Source: Paraspadella gotoi (taxonomy: Eukaryota > Animalia > Chaetognatha). Taken from it: DNA of 64,000 nucleotides. A program made the position numbers and the translations under genes. Below are positions 42,273 to 55,251 of this stretch, piece after piece; within the stretch, counting starts at the first letter, position 1; every line of letters starts with the position of its first letter. The notes under the pieces are model-generated. The model saw nothing but the letters and a program-made list of their open reading frames with translations. It had not been told where the DNA came from and searched no databases. The stretch is taken from the NCBI GenBank assembly GCA_051294375.1, contig CM119270.1, positions 8,729,213 to 8,793,212 on the forward strand, given 5' to 3'.

Positions 42273-42918
42273 CTTGTTCCTTTGTTGAGGCGGGAGGGTC
42301 TTCCTTCGGCCTTGTTTAAAGCGCAATGCCTCGTTGCTGAATGGATATCGAGGGAAAAGCTTCTACGTTACCTTGTTTGGGAGTACATATTGTAACGTAA
42401 CGTAATGTCTTGTACTGACTACTGTTAATAATGTGATACAGTATGCTGCACATTTAATTTGATTAATTTGTTTGTCTGATTTTAAGGAAAAGGAGAGTTT
42501 TAATAACCGAAGTATTTATATTTTTAAAAATTGTTTTCATCTTCTATACTATTTACTTTTATTTACATTATATTTGCCCAAACGTCACTAACGATTCTGC
42601 GTCAGTTATGACAGAAATGTCATCGCCCGTGACGTCCTTGTCCCCAAGCTCCGTCATATTTTTCCTAGACTCATTCTTCGGCATAAAAAAATTATGATTG
42701 TATTTTTTTTTTTTAGATTTTTCATTAATTTTCTTGATCATTGATTTTCGATACAAGAAGAAAATAATAAGAAATGAAGGAGAGATCGAAATGAAAAGGG
42801 AATATCGATTTGCGAAAAATGGTCAACAAAAAAAAAAGATAAAGAAAAAAAAACAGTCGGATTAAATAAATAACCCGAACAAAGAAGATTTAGTTCAGAG
42901 ATTAATCAAACGTCGTCC

Positions 42919-42931
42919 GTTGCTAGGCAAC
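42919..42931. promoter_or_regulatory. RFX X-box motif GTTGCTAGGCAAC
   Basis: Matches the 13-bp RFX form GTTGCCTAGCAAC on the minus strand; it lies between the divergent orphan gene and RASEF. Confidence 0.5.
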
Positions 42932-43340
42932 CCAACCTTCCAGCTCAGCTTGGCATCGAGTCAGCAAGCAAGCGCTATCTCTACCAACAATATCTTAACA
43001 TTTTTTATCTCCCAATGTCCTCCCTCTCGCGAAGCCATAATGGTTAATACACCATTAAAAAAAATGGCGTCCGTCCTTCTCGGCAGATAAAGACGCCAAG
43101 AGGGAAAGAGAGAGCGAGAGAGATTGAAAAACCGTCCGGGGCGAGATAAAATAAAAAATTCTGACGTTGATAGAGAGAGAGAGATAATTCCCGGCCATGC
43201 AAATGAGAGTGATCACTGATCGGCCTCATGCAAATAATCGTTTAGGGATGAAAAGCGTCATGCAGATGAGACGTCGTCGTCCTTCCGGAAGATGAAAGGC
43301 GGGGATTTGACGCTTGTGAATTCACACTCTCACGTTTATG

Positions 43341-43409
43341 TCATTGTGACATTGGGCCTCCTTCATTGTGTCATTGGGCCTCCTTCATTGTGTCATTGGG
43401 CCTCCTTCA
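43341..43409. repeat. 22-bp tandem repeat (TCATTGTGTCATTGGGCCTCCT) x3
   Basis: Directly visible. Confidence 0.88.
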
Positions 43410-44169
43410 AACGCGATGAAAGATTTTTTTTATAGTTTAAATGGTTATCTCTATATTCATCCGCTGTGAGCTAAAACTTTATCGTAAATTTTCTGACACT
43501 AACGAAGCAACACAAATACAGTGTATGTGTGTAGTCGCTACATGTGTCACTTGCAGTCACTTTCATAGTCGATTCGTTAGGGATATTTTTATCACACGCA
43601 AAAATTCCTATCACAAGTCTTTTATTCGTTAGTGTAAATTTTTTTTAGGGTTATATTTGTTAATGGCATTTTTTATCTTATAAAGTTTTGTTGGTCACAA
43701 TAAAAAAAAGAAAATAAATGGAAATATCGGAATGAAATAAAATGTTAAGTGAACGCGATTTAAAAATCGATTGAGACAAATTCGTCTTTTGTTTTCAAAA
43801 TTTTCCATTTTCCGATTGAAGTATAGAAAAATATAGAAGAGAAAAACAAATTAAATCATAAATCGAACTTTTCTTTTAATTGTATTTGTAACATGTAATT
43901 CAAAAAAAGGTAAGAAAAAAAAATGGTATTCGAAAAACTTGTTAAAAACTCGTCATATTTTTCACTGGCGCCTTAGTTGCAATGTTTTCTTGTTATACAA
44001 AAAAAATCTGTTTTGACTCAACCACTTTCCGGCGATGGGTCACACCCCCACACGAAAAATGTTTGTACCCAAAAAAAAAATGTGGGAAAAAATCATTAAA
44101 TTTTTTTTTTTTTTGCGCAAAAAAAATTTAGCAGAGAAAAAGAAAACAGTGGAAGAGATAAATCTTTTT

Positions 44170-44727
44170 TGACTCGACGACGACCGAAGCAGCGCGCGGG
44201 GTTATTCCTTTGCGTTCACGTCCCGCCAACTCGCGTCATCGCGCACGCGCCAAAAAAAAAGAAAGAAAAGAAAGAAAGAAGGATGAGGGACGCGCGCGCA
44301 GGCCGCGTGGCTGCGTGCCTGAGTGTGAACGCCTTTCTGAGCGCGCGCGTGATTACTTTGAGAGAAATAGAGAGCGAGAGAGAGAGAGAGAGAGAGAGAG
44401 AAGTGGGAGAAGTGAGGAAAGAGAGAGCGTGAGGTAGGCCGAACAGGGGGTTTAATCTTAGAGAGTGAAAGGGCGGTCACTGCATTCATCTAAATAGGAG
44501 TCACTAAGCGGAGGTGAGAAACGGGTGAGAGCATTAAGTTTCGTAAGGAGTCCGATTTTTTTGGGAGGTGAGAAGTGATTCGGATTGCTGATTGTTCCTG
44601 ATTTCGGTTGTCACCTTCGTCACGATGAATCGGCAAACAAAACCTTCGTTTGCTACTCCTTCTGGACGAACGCAAGGCTGGGATCTGATAAGCAAGCGCG
44701 GATTCAAAGGGTGAGTGAATGGTAAGT
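44170..44727 (+). promoter_or_regulatory. CpG/GA-rich putative promoter and 5' non-coding exon, possibly of RASEF
   Basis: A CGCG-rich island and GA tract are followed by two strong donor-like sites (G|GTGAGT at 44711, G|GTAAGT at 44722). The assignment to RASEF is inference. Confidence 0.3.
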
Positions 44728-44823
44728 TATTTAGCGAAGGAGGAAGAGGAAGAGTCGGAGTCGCTAGAGTCTCTAGGGAAATGAAAAAAAATATGGTTGA
44801 GAAAAGCAGCGAGGGAGTTAAGC

Positions 44824-47800
44824 CTATAGACTCTATAGAGGGTTTTCAAGGTTCACCCACGGTTACGGCGCGGGGTTACGGCGAAATGTAATGTCAGAAG
44901 TCAGAACTTGAGCTTTTTGGAGAAAAGGTTAACATTGAAAGAGCTGTCTCCCTGGAATCAGGGCTACCGCCCATCAAGGCCCTCACTGCGCCTCCATGAA
45001 AGAGACTCGAGAGCGAAGACTAAAAATATACAAAAAAGGAAAAGTTAAGGAGAATTTTCGTTGCCTCTTTGGCGTCGCTGATGGGTTGTAGTCGACGAGT
45101 TGCTATCCTTTTTTTTTCCCCTTTCGGTTTAAGCTATCTCATTTGCCTGTTCCTATTTCTGCCGCTCGCGAGGCTAAAACTTTCGTCGTTGTCGTTGACT
45201 TTGAAGCTGAGGACCGCTTGATGGGATTTGTTCGAATTGGAAAATTGGATGATTTTTTGGCGAATGTTATTTAATTCTTAACTCGTGTTTAGTTGGATTG
45301 ATGATTGTACTTGTACTTGTACAACTGCATCTTAAATATCCGTTAACGTATGGTTATTTGCTTAATTATTTCGAAAAAACTATGGCGTGGAATTATTCCG
45401 TCATAAAAGACTGGGTAATATTAGGCAACGAGACGAGTGACGATTAACCAATTATCGATCTTTCGTGAAGAGAAGTGTGAAATCTTTTTTTTTCCTCTCG
45501 AACTCTGAACTTAACGTTTACAATAAGTACCAATTACATCGTAAACGACGACAACGACGACGACAAACTCATCGACAACTTGTAAAATGACGAAAATGTT
45601 TCTTTTGTTGAAAAGAAAGAAAAAGAAAAAGAAAGAAAACAAAGGAAATGAAGCGTAAAATGCGACGAAAGTAACAAGTGACTCAGGGGAGTCTTCACTT
45701 CTCTCGTTGAACAGGACACGTAAGTTATTGTTCAGTTGTACTAAGTCTTCCCATGAATAGTATAAGAAACATTTGCTTAATGAAACAATAAACCCTGACA
45801 CAGGTGATATTACACTCGTCAAAGCTGTCCCCTTCGGTGTATTTGAAGTTCTCACGAACTCGGATGCCTAAATGTTCATTAATCATCTCTCAGGTTGGGT
45901 CATATTCAAATCGGTATACAATTATACAATATAATACAATATACATGCTTACTTTAATTTTGCAAAGATTTTGAATCTTTAGATCTCTCAAATAGTTTTG
46001 CATTGGTTGTACCAATTTTATAGCCAACGGAAAATATGTGGACTAAAGGACATACGAACCAATAAAGTTGCGTTCATAAATAAAGAGCCAACCGAAAAAA
46101 AAAAAACCACATTAATGTTAACTCTATGTATGGATAATAAATTAGTATGAAACGTTCCCGCGAGAGTAAGAACATAAACGTAATCATTCATCATTAGCCT
46201 TCCATATTATTTCATTATCGTATTCGAGTGAAGTATAAACGAAATTATAAACGGAGTCATTGAAAAATTATGAAAAGCGAGTCAATCAGATTACGCAGAT
46301 TGCGTTTCCTTCAATATGACCAATTGTTACAACATAATGCGGCTCGGTCAGGGTTTTTCTGGTCTTTTAAATATCAAAATGCTTGGTAAATTTCGTGAAT
46401 GGTTTCTTAGTTTTGAAAACGACAGTTATACTAATTAGTCTCTACAGTTTAAATCAAAATAATCCTTTATCTCAACTTATCAATTGTTTTGCCCAAATAT
46501 CTTTAGTTGAAATATTAAACACTTATATATTATAAAAACTCGCGCAAATGTAACGTTTTCTTTTAATCACAGGGCGGAAAGATTCAGTTCCCCTGACAAA
46601 AACAAAGGAAGAAGAGGGTTAGACCATGCGGAGACGACGACGAAGACGACGCACACGACGACGACGACGACGACGACGGCGACGGCGACGGCGACGGCGA
46701 TGACTCCGATTACTTCTTAATTTTTGTTTAAAAATGAGGGAATCTAGTTTTAAGACTTTTAACCTTTTTCGTTGATATGATATCGCTATACACCGTCACA
46801 ATTACATTTTAACAAACTATGTGTCATTCGTTGTCCAATTAACGTGGTTTTTTGAAAGTTATTTTTTCAATAATAACGTTATAGTTTTTAATTTACGTAA
46901 AACTAAAAAAGTCGAAGTCACGTGAAAGTGGATGGCACCCGAGTTGAAAACTCGGCGAGGTGGAAACTCTCGTCAAGACGATGACGATAATAACGACGAT
47001 GAAGAACATGCGACGACGACCACGACGACGACAATGAAAAAAAAAATAAATATATTTTGAAAAAAAAAAAACCGGGTTCCAAACTTTCGCTGAAGCGGAA
47101 TTAGGAAAAGGAAGCGTTAAGGGACACGGCTAAACATATCCCGTCTAATTTTTCAAAATCAATCTTTTCGAACCTTTTGAACCGCTGATCATTTATGTAT
47201 CAATACATGTCTGTTTTCTATTCTCTATATTCATCATTTCAATATATTCAATTAAGATAAAATTTAATGAATTATTCAACGATTCTACAATATATGTATG
47301 AAACAATGCCTAAACTCTTTGTCATTTTTCTGTTCTCGCCGTTTAATGTTTGTGTTTTTGTCCCAAAAAAGACCCTAAATTGTTTTTCAAAAACCGACCA
47401 GAATAATTTTCTCATGAAAAGTCAAATGAACCTCAAGTCGTTCATGTTTCCAGATTTCCGCGGAATATTCCCCCCAATTTTTCAAAACTGAAGCTAATCA
47501 GAAAACTCATTCGCTCTNNNNNNNNNNNNNNNNNNNNNNNNNNNNNNNNNNNNNNNNNNNNNNNNNNNNNNNNNNNNNNNNNNNNNNNNNNNNNNNNNNN
47601 NNNNNNNNNNNNNNNNNNNNNNNNNNNNNNTCTCTCTCTCTCTAAAATTACGAAATGGAGACTAACGCTGAGGGTGGTCATTATAGCGCATGATTTTTAT
47701 TGGATACCCTTTTTGGGAATTATATTGGTTTGCAATACGTAATGTCCCGTTTGGTGAATTATTGTCCTATGAACCTAGAGTTAGAAACATTAAGAAAAAG

Positions 47801-50800
47801 ATTTATTTTACCAGATAAAATAGTTGGAAAAGTTTGAATAAGATTCTCACCCACATTTGGAAATCTTAGACTTTGACAGTTTTGTATATAACTTTAATGA
47901 AAACTTTATAATCGCTGTCTGTAAAATTTAAATCTTATTGTATTTTTTAGAATACTTTGTAATCTTAAGAAGATAGAACCGGATACATCATAGTAAATCC
48001 AATTCACATTCTGTTTAAAATCTTCATCTAACTTTTTAAAGCTCTATCAGAATCATTTAAAAAAAATTGAAAAATTCATCTAACAGTCACTTTATCATTA
48101 TTTATTTGAGAGAACTTCAGTTTTCACCTGTTTCCGGCCTAACTATAGACTCTATAGAGGGTTTTCAAGGTTCACCCACGGTTACGGCGCAGGGTTACGG
48201 CGGAAATGTAATGTCAGAAGTCAGAACATGAGCTTTTTGGAGAAAAGGTTAACATTGAAAGAGCTGTCTCTGGAATCAGGGCTACCGCCCATCAAGGCCC
48301 TCACTGCGCCTCCATGAAAAGACTCGAGAGCGAAAGACTAAAATATACAAAAAAGGAAAAGTAAGGAGAATTTTCGTTGCCTCTTTGGCGTCGCTGATGG
48401 TTGTAGTCGACGAAGTTGCTATCCTTTTTTTTCCCCTTTCGGTTTAGCTATCTCATTTGCCTGTTCCTATTTCTGCCGCTCGCGAGGCTAAAACTTTCGT
48501 CGTTGTCGTTGACTTTTGAAGCTGAGGACGCTGAGGATTTGTTCGAATTGGAAAATTGGATGATTTTTTCGGAATGTTATTTAATTCTTAACTCGTGTTT
48601 AGTTGGATTGATGATTTGTACTTGTACTTGTACAAACTGCATCTTAAATATCCGTTAACGTATGGTTATTTGCTTAATTATTTCCGAAAAAACTATGGCG
48701 TGGAATTATTCCGTCATAAAAGACTGGGTGTAGTCGGGCATTGCCTAGTTCACCCCGCCTATAAGCATGACACCTTCAGTCCTGACCCGGTGGCTCATTG
48801 AGTAAAAGCCATCAGCTCATGACACTAGGTACCGGGTTCAATCCCAACCCGGTACCTACCCTGTGGAAGCGTGAGGACGGCCGTAAGCCGCCTTGGGGCG
48901 TGGCAACCCCTCAAGCCTGGTTCAGCCCAGGACCCGTTCCATGGCTACTAAAGGGGGTTAAGAAGTTATGGATAGTCATCTTCAGCCCACTTAGCGCCTT
49001 ATCCACATGGGTAATATTAGGCACGAGACAAGTGACGATTAAACCAATTATCGATCTTCGTGAGAGAAGTGTGAAATCTTTTTTTTTCCTCTCGAACTCT
49101 GAACTTAAGCGTTTACAATAAGTACCAATTACATCGTAAACGACGACAACGACGACGACAAACTCATCGACAACTTGTAAAATGACGAAAAATGTTTCTT
49201 TTGTTGAAAGAAAGAAAAAAAAAAAGAAAGAAAACAAAGGAAATGAAGCGTAAAATGCGTACGAAAAGTAACAAGTGACTCAGGGGAGGTCTTCACTTCT
49301 CTCGTTGAACAGGACACGTAAGTTATTGTTCAGTTGTACTAAGTCTTCCCATGATAGTATAAGAAACATTGCTTAATGAAACAATAAACCCTGACACAGG
49401 TGATATTACACTCGTCAAAGCTGTCCCCTTCGGTGTATTTGAAGTTCTCACGAACTCGGATACCTAAATGTCATAATCATCTCTCAGTGTTGGGGTCATA
49501 TTCAAATCGGTATACAATTATACAATATAATACAATATACATGCTTACTTTAATTTTGCAAAGATTTTGATCTTTAGATCTCTCAAATAGTTTTGCATTG
49601 GTTGTACCAATTTTATAGCCAACGGAAAATATGTGGACTAAAGGACATACGAACCAATAAAAGTTGCGTTCATAAATAAAGAGCCAAACCGAAAAAAAAA
49701 AAAAAACCACATTAATGTTAACTCTATGTATGGTAATAAATTAGTTATGAAAAACGTTCCGCGAGAGTAAGAACATAAACGTAATCATTCATCATTAGCC
49801 TTCCATATTATTTTCATTTATCGTATTTCGAGTGGAGTAATAAAACGAAATTATAACGGAGTTTCATTGAAAAATTATGAAAAAGCGATCAATCAAAGAT
49901 TACGCAGATTGGCGTTTCCTTCAATATGAACAAATTGTTACAAAATAATGGCGGCTCGGTCAGGGTTTTTCTGGTCTTTTAATATCAAAATGCTTGGTAA
50001 ATTTCGTGAATGGTTTCTAGTTTGAAAACGACACGTTATACTAAATTAGTCTCTACAGTTTAAATCAAATAATCCTTATCTCAAACTTATCAATTGTTTT
50101 GCCCAAATATCTTTAGTTGAAATATTAAACACTTATATATTATAAAAATCGCGCAAATGTAACGTTTCTTTTAATTCACAGGGCGGAAGATTCAGTTCCC
50201 TGACAAAAACAAAGGAAGAAGAGGGTTAGACCATGCGGAGACGACGACGAAGACGAACGCACACGACACGACGACGACGACGACGACGGCGAAGGCGACG
50301 GCGACGGGATGGACTCCGATTACTTCTTAATTTTTGTTTAAAAATGAGGGAATCTAGTTTTAAGACTTTTACCTTTTTCGTTGATATGATCATCGCTATA
50401 ACAACCGGTCACAATTAATTTTACAACTAATGTGTCATTCGTTGTCCAATTACACGTGGTTTTTTGAAAGTTATTTTTTCAATAATAAAGTTATAGTTTT
50501 AATTTACGCTAGAAACTAAAAAAGTCGAAGTCACGTGAAAGTGGATGGCACCCGATTGAAAACTCGGCGGAGGTGGAAACCTCGTCAAGACGATGACGAT
50601 AATAACGAGATGAGAAACATGTCGACGACGACCACCGACGCGACAAGAAAAAAAAAATAATATTTTGAAAAAAAAAAAACCGGTTTCCAAAACTTTCGCT
50701 AGAACCGAATTAGGAAAACGCGCAAGCGTTAAGGGACACGGCTAAACATATCCGTCTAATTTTCACAAATCAATCTTTCCGAACCTTTGAACCGCTGAAC

Positions 50801-51677
50801 TATTTATGTATCAATACAGTCTGTTTTCTATTCTCTATATCATCATTTCAATTATTCAATTATCACAATAACGATTAAATATGAATTGAATTCATCAACG
50901 AATTCTAACAGAAAGTATGAACAATAGCCTCAAAATTCTACTATTGTCATATTTCTGTTCTGATCGTCACCAGTTAGATGATATTGTGAGTTTTTAAGAG
51001 TCCCAAATAAAGACCTAAATTGCTTTTCACAAAAATACCGACCAGAGAAATTCTCACTGAAAAGTAAATGAAACCTCAAGTCGTTCATCGTTTCCAGATT
51101 CTCCGGCGGAATCATTTCCCCCCAATTTTTCAAAAACTGAAGCTAATAGAAAACTCCATCGTCTCTCTCTCTCTTCCTCCTCTCTCTCTCTCTCTCTCTT
51201 CCTACATTCGCTCTTCTGTCTTTCACATCATGCCTTGTTCTCTCTCTCTCTCTCTCTCTCTCCACTCTCTCTCTCTCTAAATTACCGAAATGGGAGAGCG
51301 TAACGCTGAGGGTCGCTGCATTACGATCTATATAGCAGCATGTAATTTTTATGGGATAAACCTTTTTGGGAATTATACTTGGTTTGCAATACGTAATGTC
51401 GTTCTGCGTGAATTCACTTAGTCCTATGACCAGGACGAACTAGAGTAAAAATTTATTTAGTAAAAGTTGGAAAAGTTTTGAATAAGATTCTCACCACATT
51501 GGAATCTTAGACCTATATGTCGACAGTTCTTTCATACTAACTTATAATCGAAACTTCTATAACGACGATCTGTAAAATCTCTTAAATCTTATTTGTATTT
51601 TTAGTAATTTACTTTGTGAATCATAACTGAGATGAACCGGATACATCATAGTAAATCCAATTCACATTCTGTTTAAA
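44824..51677 (+). repeat. ~3.2-kb direct tandem duplication (copy 1 44824-48020, copy 2 48143-51677), probably allelic/assembly artefact
   Basis: Both copies start CTATAGACTCTATAGAGGGTTTTCAAGG and end ...CCAATTCACATTCTGTTTAAAA. Differences are mostly 1-bp indels that become denser toward the 3' end. N gaps lie at 47518-47630 and 51801-51825. Confidence 0.92.
48729..49007 (+). mobile_element. Solo LTR (279 bp, TG...CA, 4-bp TSD TGGG) containing a tRNA-like Pol III cassette; Helenus-like TRIM
   Basis: TGGG|TGTAGTC...ATCCACA|TGGG. The other duplicate copy has a single TGGG at 45412-45415 (empty site). A-box-like TGGCTCATTGAG at 48791, B-box GGTTCAATCC at 48835, and a CTCATGA anticodon-like loop. 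Confidence 0.9.
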
Positions 51678-52110
51678 AAACACAATATTTTATATAAAAA
51701 GCTACATCAGTATCATATTTAAATAGTATTTTTTTCAAATGTCAAAAAAAATTTTAAAAAAATTTATAAAAAAGGACAAATAATATAAACGTTGTCGTGA
51801 NNNNNNNNNNNNNNNNNNNNNNNNNTCTGCATAAATTACTTTGAACCTCCTTATTTAAAAAAAAACTTTTTTTTTAAATCTAACTGAAGTATTTATACTT
51901 TATTTTCTATTTTTCTATTTTGTCGTTCCAACGGTTGTCGTTGTTATAAAGAAAATATTAAAAAAAGTGACAAAAAAGTGAGTGCAGACTAAAGTTGCTC
52001 GATCTCATGCCAACGCTTTCGCTTCGCTTAGTCCTCGCTGCTTTTCAAAGAAACGCAATTACCCTTGTCCTGTTAGGGAGACGAATGTGCGAATCGTCTC
52101 CACCACAATT

Positions 52111-52170
<60 letters not shown>

Positions 52171-53608
52171 AAATGGCTGGCACAGGGAGGCATGGTAATT
52201 CGTGAAAATCAAATTAAAAATTTACACCCGCTAAAAACATAAAAAAATGTGTACAACGTTTGGAAACTTGAAATTCACAAGCTGATAAAGGAATTTAAAT
52301 ATTTACTAATAATCTATACTTTATACATCATAGAGCGATATATCGGCCAGAGTGAAGGTAAGACAGGAGGAAGAGGAAATCCGGATGTTGTAGAAGGGAT
52401 TTAAGAAAAGGGAAGCTAAGCGATAAGAATGATAGATGACTTCAAAATCGGTTGTCATGACAAAGAAATGAAATAATGATTAAGTTGATGGAAACTGCAC
52501 TAAAAATCAAAGAACCACAGTTTCAGTGAACTTTTTTTTTCTAATCTTGGCTCCTTTTCCTCGTCGTGAATTTGCGAAGGTGAGCTGAATGCGTCTCCTT
52601 CAACTGAGAGCTATACGCCTCCATTACCGAAACTCAACTTTATGATAAACGGACTTGTGCCTCTGTGATGTCCATTGAGGCTGAACAGAGAGACGTAGTA
52701 GAGGGAGACGACGCGCGGATGAGATGCGACCCCGGGAGGAGAGAGACGACAAGAGTTAGATGAAGACGAGAGAGAACAGAGAGACGAGAGAGAGCAGAGA
52801 GAGATCAGGATGTATGTTTCGTTGTTAAGATTAATCGATTAGGCAAATTGAAATACAATTAACAGTCCCCAAAACTGATTTGCAAAATTTGCTGACTATA
52901 ATCAAATTTATCTTTCACTCTAATTCATGAAGACCGTAATTATATACTATAACACTACTTTTCTTTAACTGTCGACAAAACCCTTATTTTATTGTCAATT
53001 TGGAATTAATACATACATTTGATTATTGTGAGGACTTTCGAAGAGTCATTATATTTAACCTGTAGTATTATTATTATTATAGTTCTATTGAGGATAATAA
53101 GATTAATTTACACTTTTTTTATGAGATCTGTAAAATTTTATATTTGCTCTTATTGTTATTAGATATATATTGGGATATAGTTGAATAAACATTGAAAAAA
53201 ATTCCCATCAAAGTGATTTTAAGCAAGTGACCTTTTCATCTCGGTAGTTTTTCTTTTTAATTCAAATCACGACGTTGTCACGTTAAGTTGTTACCTCTCG
53301 TTAAGGTTCACAATGATTTTCTCTGTTCACCTTTTCACCCGGAAAGATTTGCCGCTAATCAGATCGCAATCGCGTTCCCTGTCATTCAACGGAATCAGCA
53401 GCTCTGACTCGATCGACCTGAAAAAATCAAAACTGCACTCCCTCCTCGATCGACCGGATCACTTTTGAAAAAAACAAAAACAAATGGAAACGAGGTATTT
53501 TTTTCTCTCCGTTTTTTTAGCTCTGAAATATTTCGGCCTAAAGTTAAAATTCAGAGGTATGTAAGTGTTCATTCAGACTCAGTTGTTTCATTGTGACTTT
53601 CCAGAGTA

Positions 53609-53905
53609 TGATACTGAACGAGAGGGGAGAGGGTCGCTATGCCTCTCTGCGAGTGTAGATAGCACCCTCGCTTAGTGTGACCATTGGGTCTGGGAGATTT
53701 ATTTGCTTTACGGAACTTCGGATCCGGCGGCAGGCTTTCTACCGGTGGTTTAACCGGCCCGTCACCCTTTTAATAAGGACTTGTCCGACCAGGGACCGTA
53801 CCCGAGACTATTGGGTTCGGAGATTAAGCGTTAGCCCAGTGCTCCATTACGGCGCTGTAGGAAGGAACAATCGTATCCAACGAGTAGTTATATTACATCA
53901 CTACA
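53609..53905 (-). mobile_element. Third solo-LTR-like element (~297 bp)
   Basis: On the minus strand it runs TGTAGT...TATCA. It is a GC-rich hairpin island with degenerate A-box TGGAGCACTGG and B-box GGGTACGGTCCC. Only a 3-bp flank match (GTA) is visible, so the ends are uncertain. Confidence 0.45.
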
Positions 53906-54640
53906 GTACAACCTACATAAAACTTATCTATTCATACATTGAATAAGCTTCATCTCTCTTTCTTGATAATAAAATAACAGATCCCTGCAAGATTTTAATC
54001 ATAATTCGTGCGCTCTCGGATTAGCTTATTCAGACTTGGCTCATTTCCTTTTCGTTAAAAATATTCAACGTATTATATCCGTAACAGACAGATTTGTTTC
54101 CACGCGAAAAAGTAGAGCCACAAGTTGAAGACCCTTTTTTTTTTCAATCCGTCTATTTGGATTTGTTTTTATATAACGGCGTTTGCAGTCAATTACCTAT
54201 TTGCTGCAGACACGTCTACGTAAGAGACACTTTGTTCCGGGAACCCGATTCAAAATTAAGACTTAAACGTCAGTTACATTAAATGCGAATTCGGTATTTA
54301 TCTTTTCATGATTGAAGAGGATTTTCCAGACAGAGGGAGGCAATCTATTCCAATTGTCGAAGCAGCCTCGAGTCTCGATTTATATTCCACGAGGAAAACA
54401 AAATTCCAGTGAATTAAAATTTTGAAAAAAAAAAACAAAAAAAAACAGTATCCGCGTTGATCTGAACTAAAAACAACAAAACACGTCATTTTATTTTCAA
54501 AACAATGACAAGTCGGTAAATTAAAAATAAACTATTAATTTTTCAAACAACAAGAGTGAAACCAACCGTATACTAGGAAACATTGAAATAAGCAACTAAT
54601 AAATTGTTTTTAGAAAAACAAAAACAAAAGCCCCAAAAAA

Positions 54641-55220
54641 ATGCGTAAAAAATTTAGCTTCGGTTCAGAGAGAGGAAACGAATTCAAAGGAATCAAGCGG
54701 CATTCCAGCGACGCTGCCGCCGCCCCTGCGGCCTCCGCATCCGCTGCGGCGGAGGCGTCTCTTCTTGATCGCTCCTGCTTATCCGCTTCCGCCGGTTCGC
54801 TTTCGCCGGAGAGCCACGCCTCAATGACCGCGTCCACCAATTCCATCTCTTCCGAGATTCCCTACGGCCCGAGCATGGGCGGCGCCGGCAGCGCCTTCTC
54901 CTCTAAGTCGGTCACGCCGAGGATCGGGGGAAGCCGGTTTAGAAGCGAGGAGGCGGTTGGGGGAAGTAGGGTCGGAGGAGTCGGAGACACCGGCAGTGGA
55001 GCGGGATGGGAAGCTGAAGGTGGAGGAGGAGCCGTCGCTGGAGCGACTCACTTCGTCCCCATCTACATTCCGCGTGACAACGACTCAGGCGGCGGAAAGA
55101 GGACGCCTTTAACGAGACGACGACGATTCGACGAAGACGACGGGGACGACGACAATTACGACGACGACGAAGGTAAAAATCGTCGTCGTCGTCGACCAGA
55201 AAATTCCATGGAATCCTGGT

Positions 55221-55251
<31 letters not shown>

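Noticed and set aside
43341-43409. CRISPR-like array
   Set aside because: The repeats are contiguous with no spacers, the context is eukaryotic, and there are no cas genes.
48784-48855. Functional tRNA-Met gene
   Set aside because: The anticodon and T stems do not pair properly and it lies inside a TSD-flanked insertion, so it is treated as tRNA-derived.
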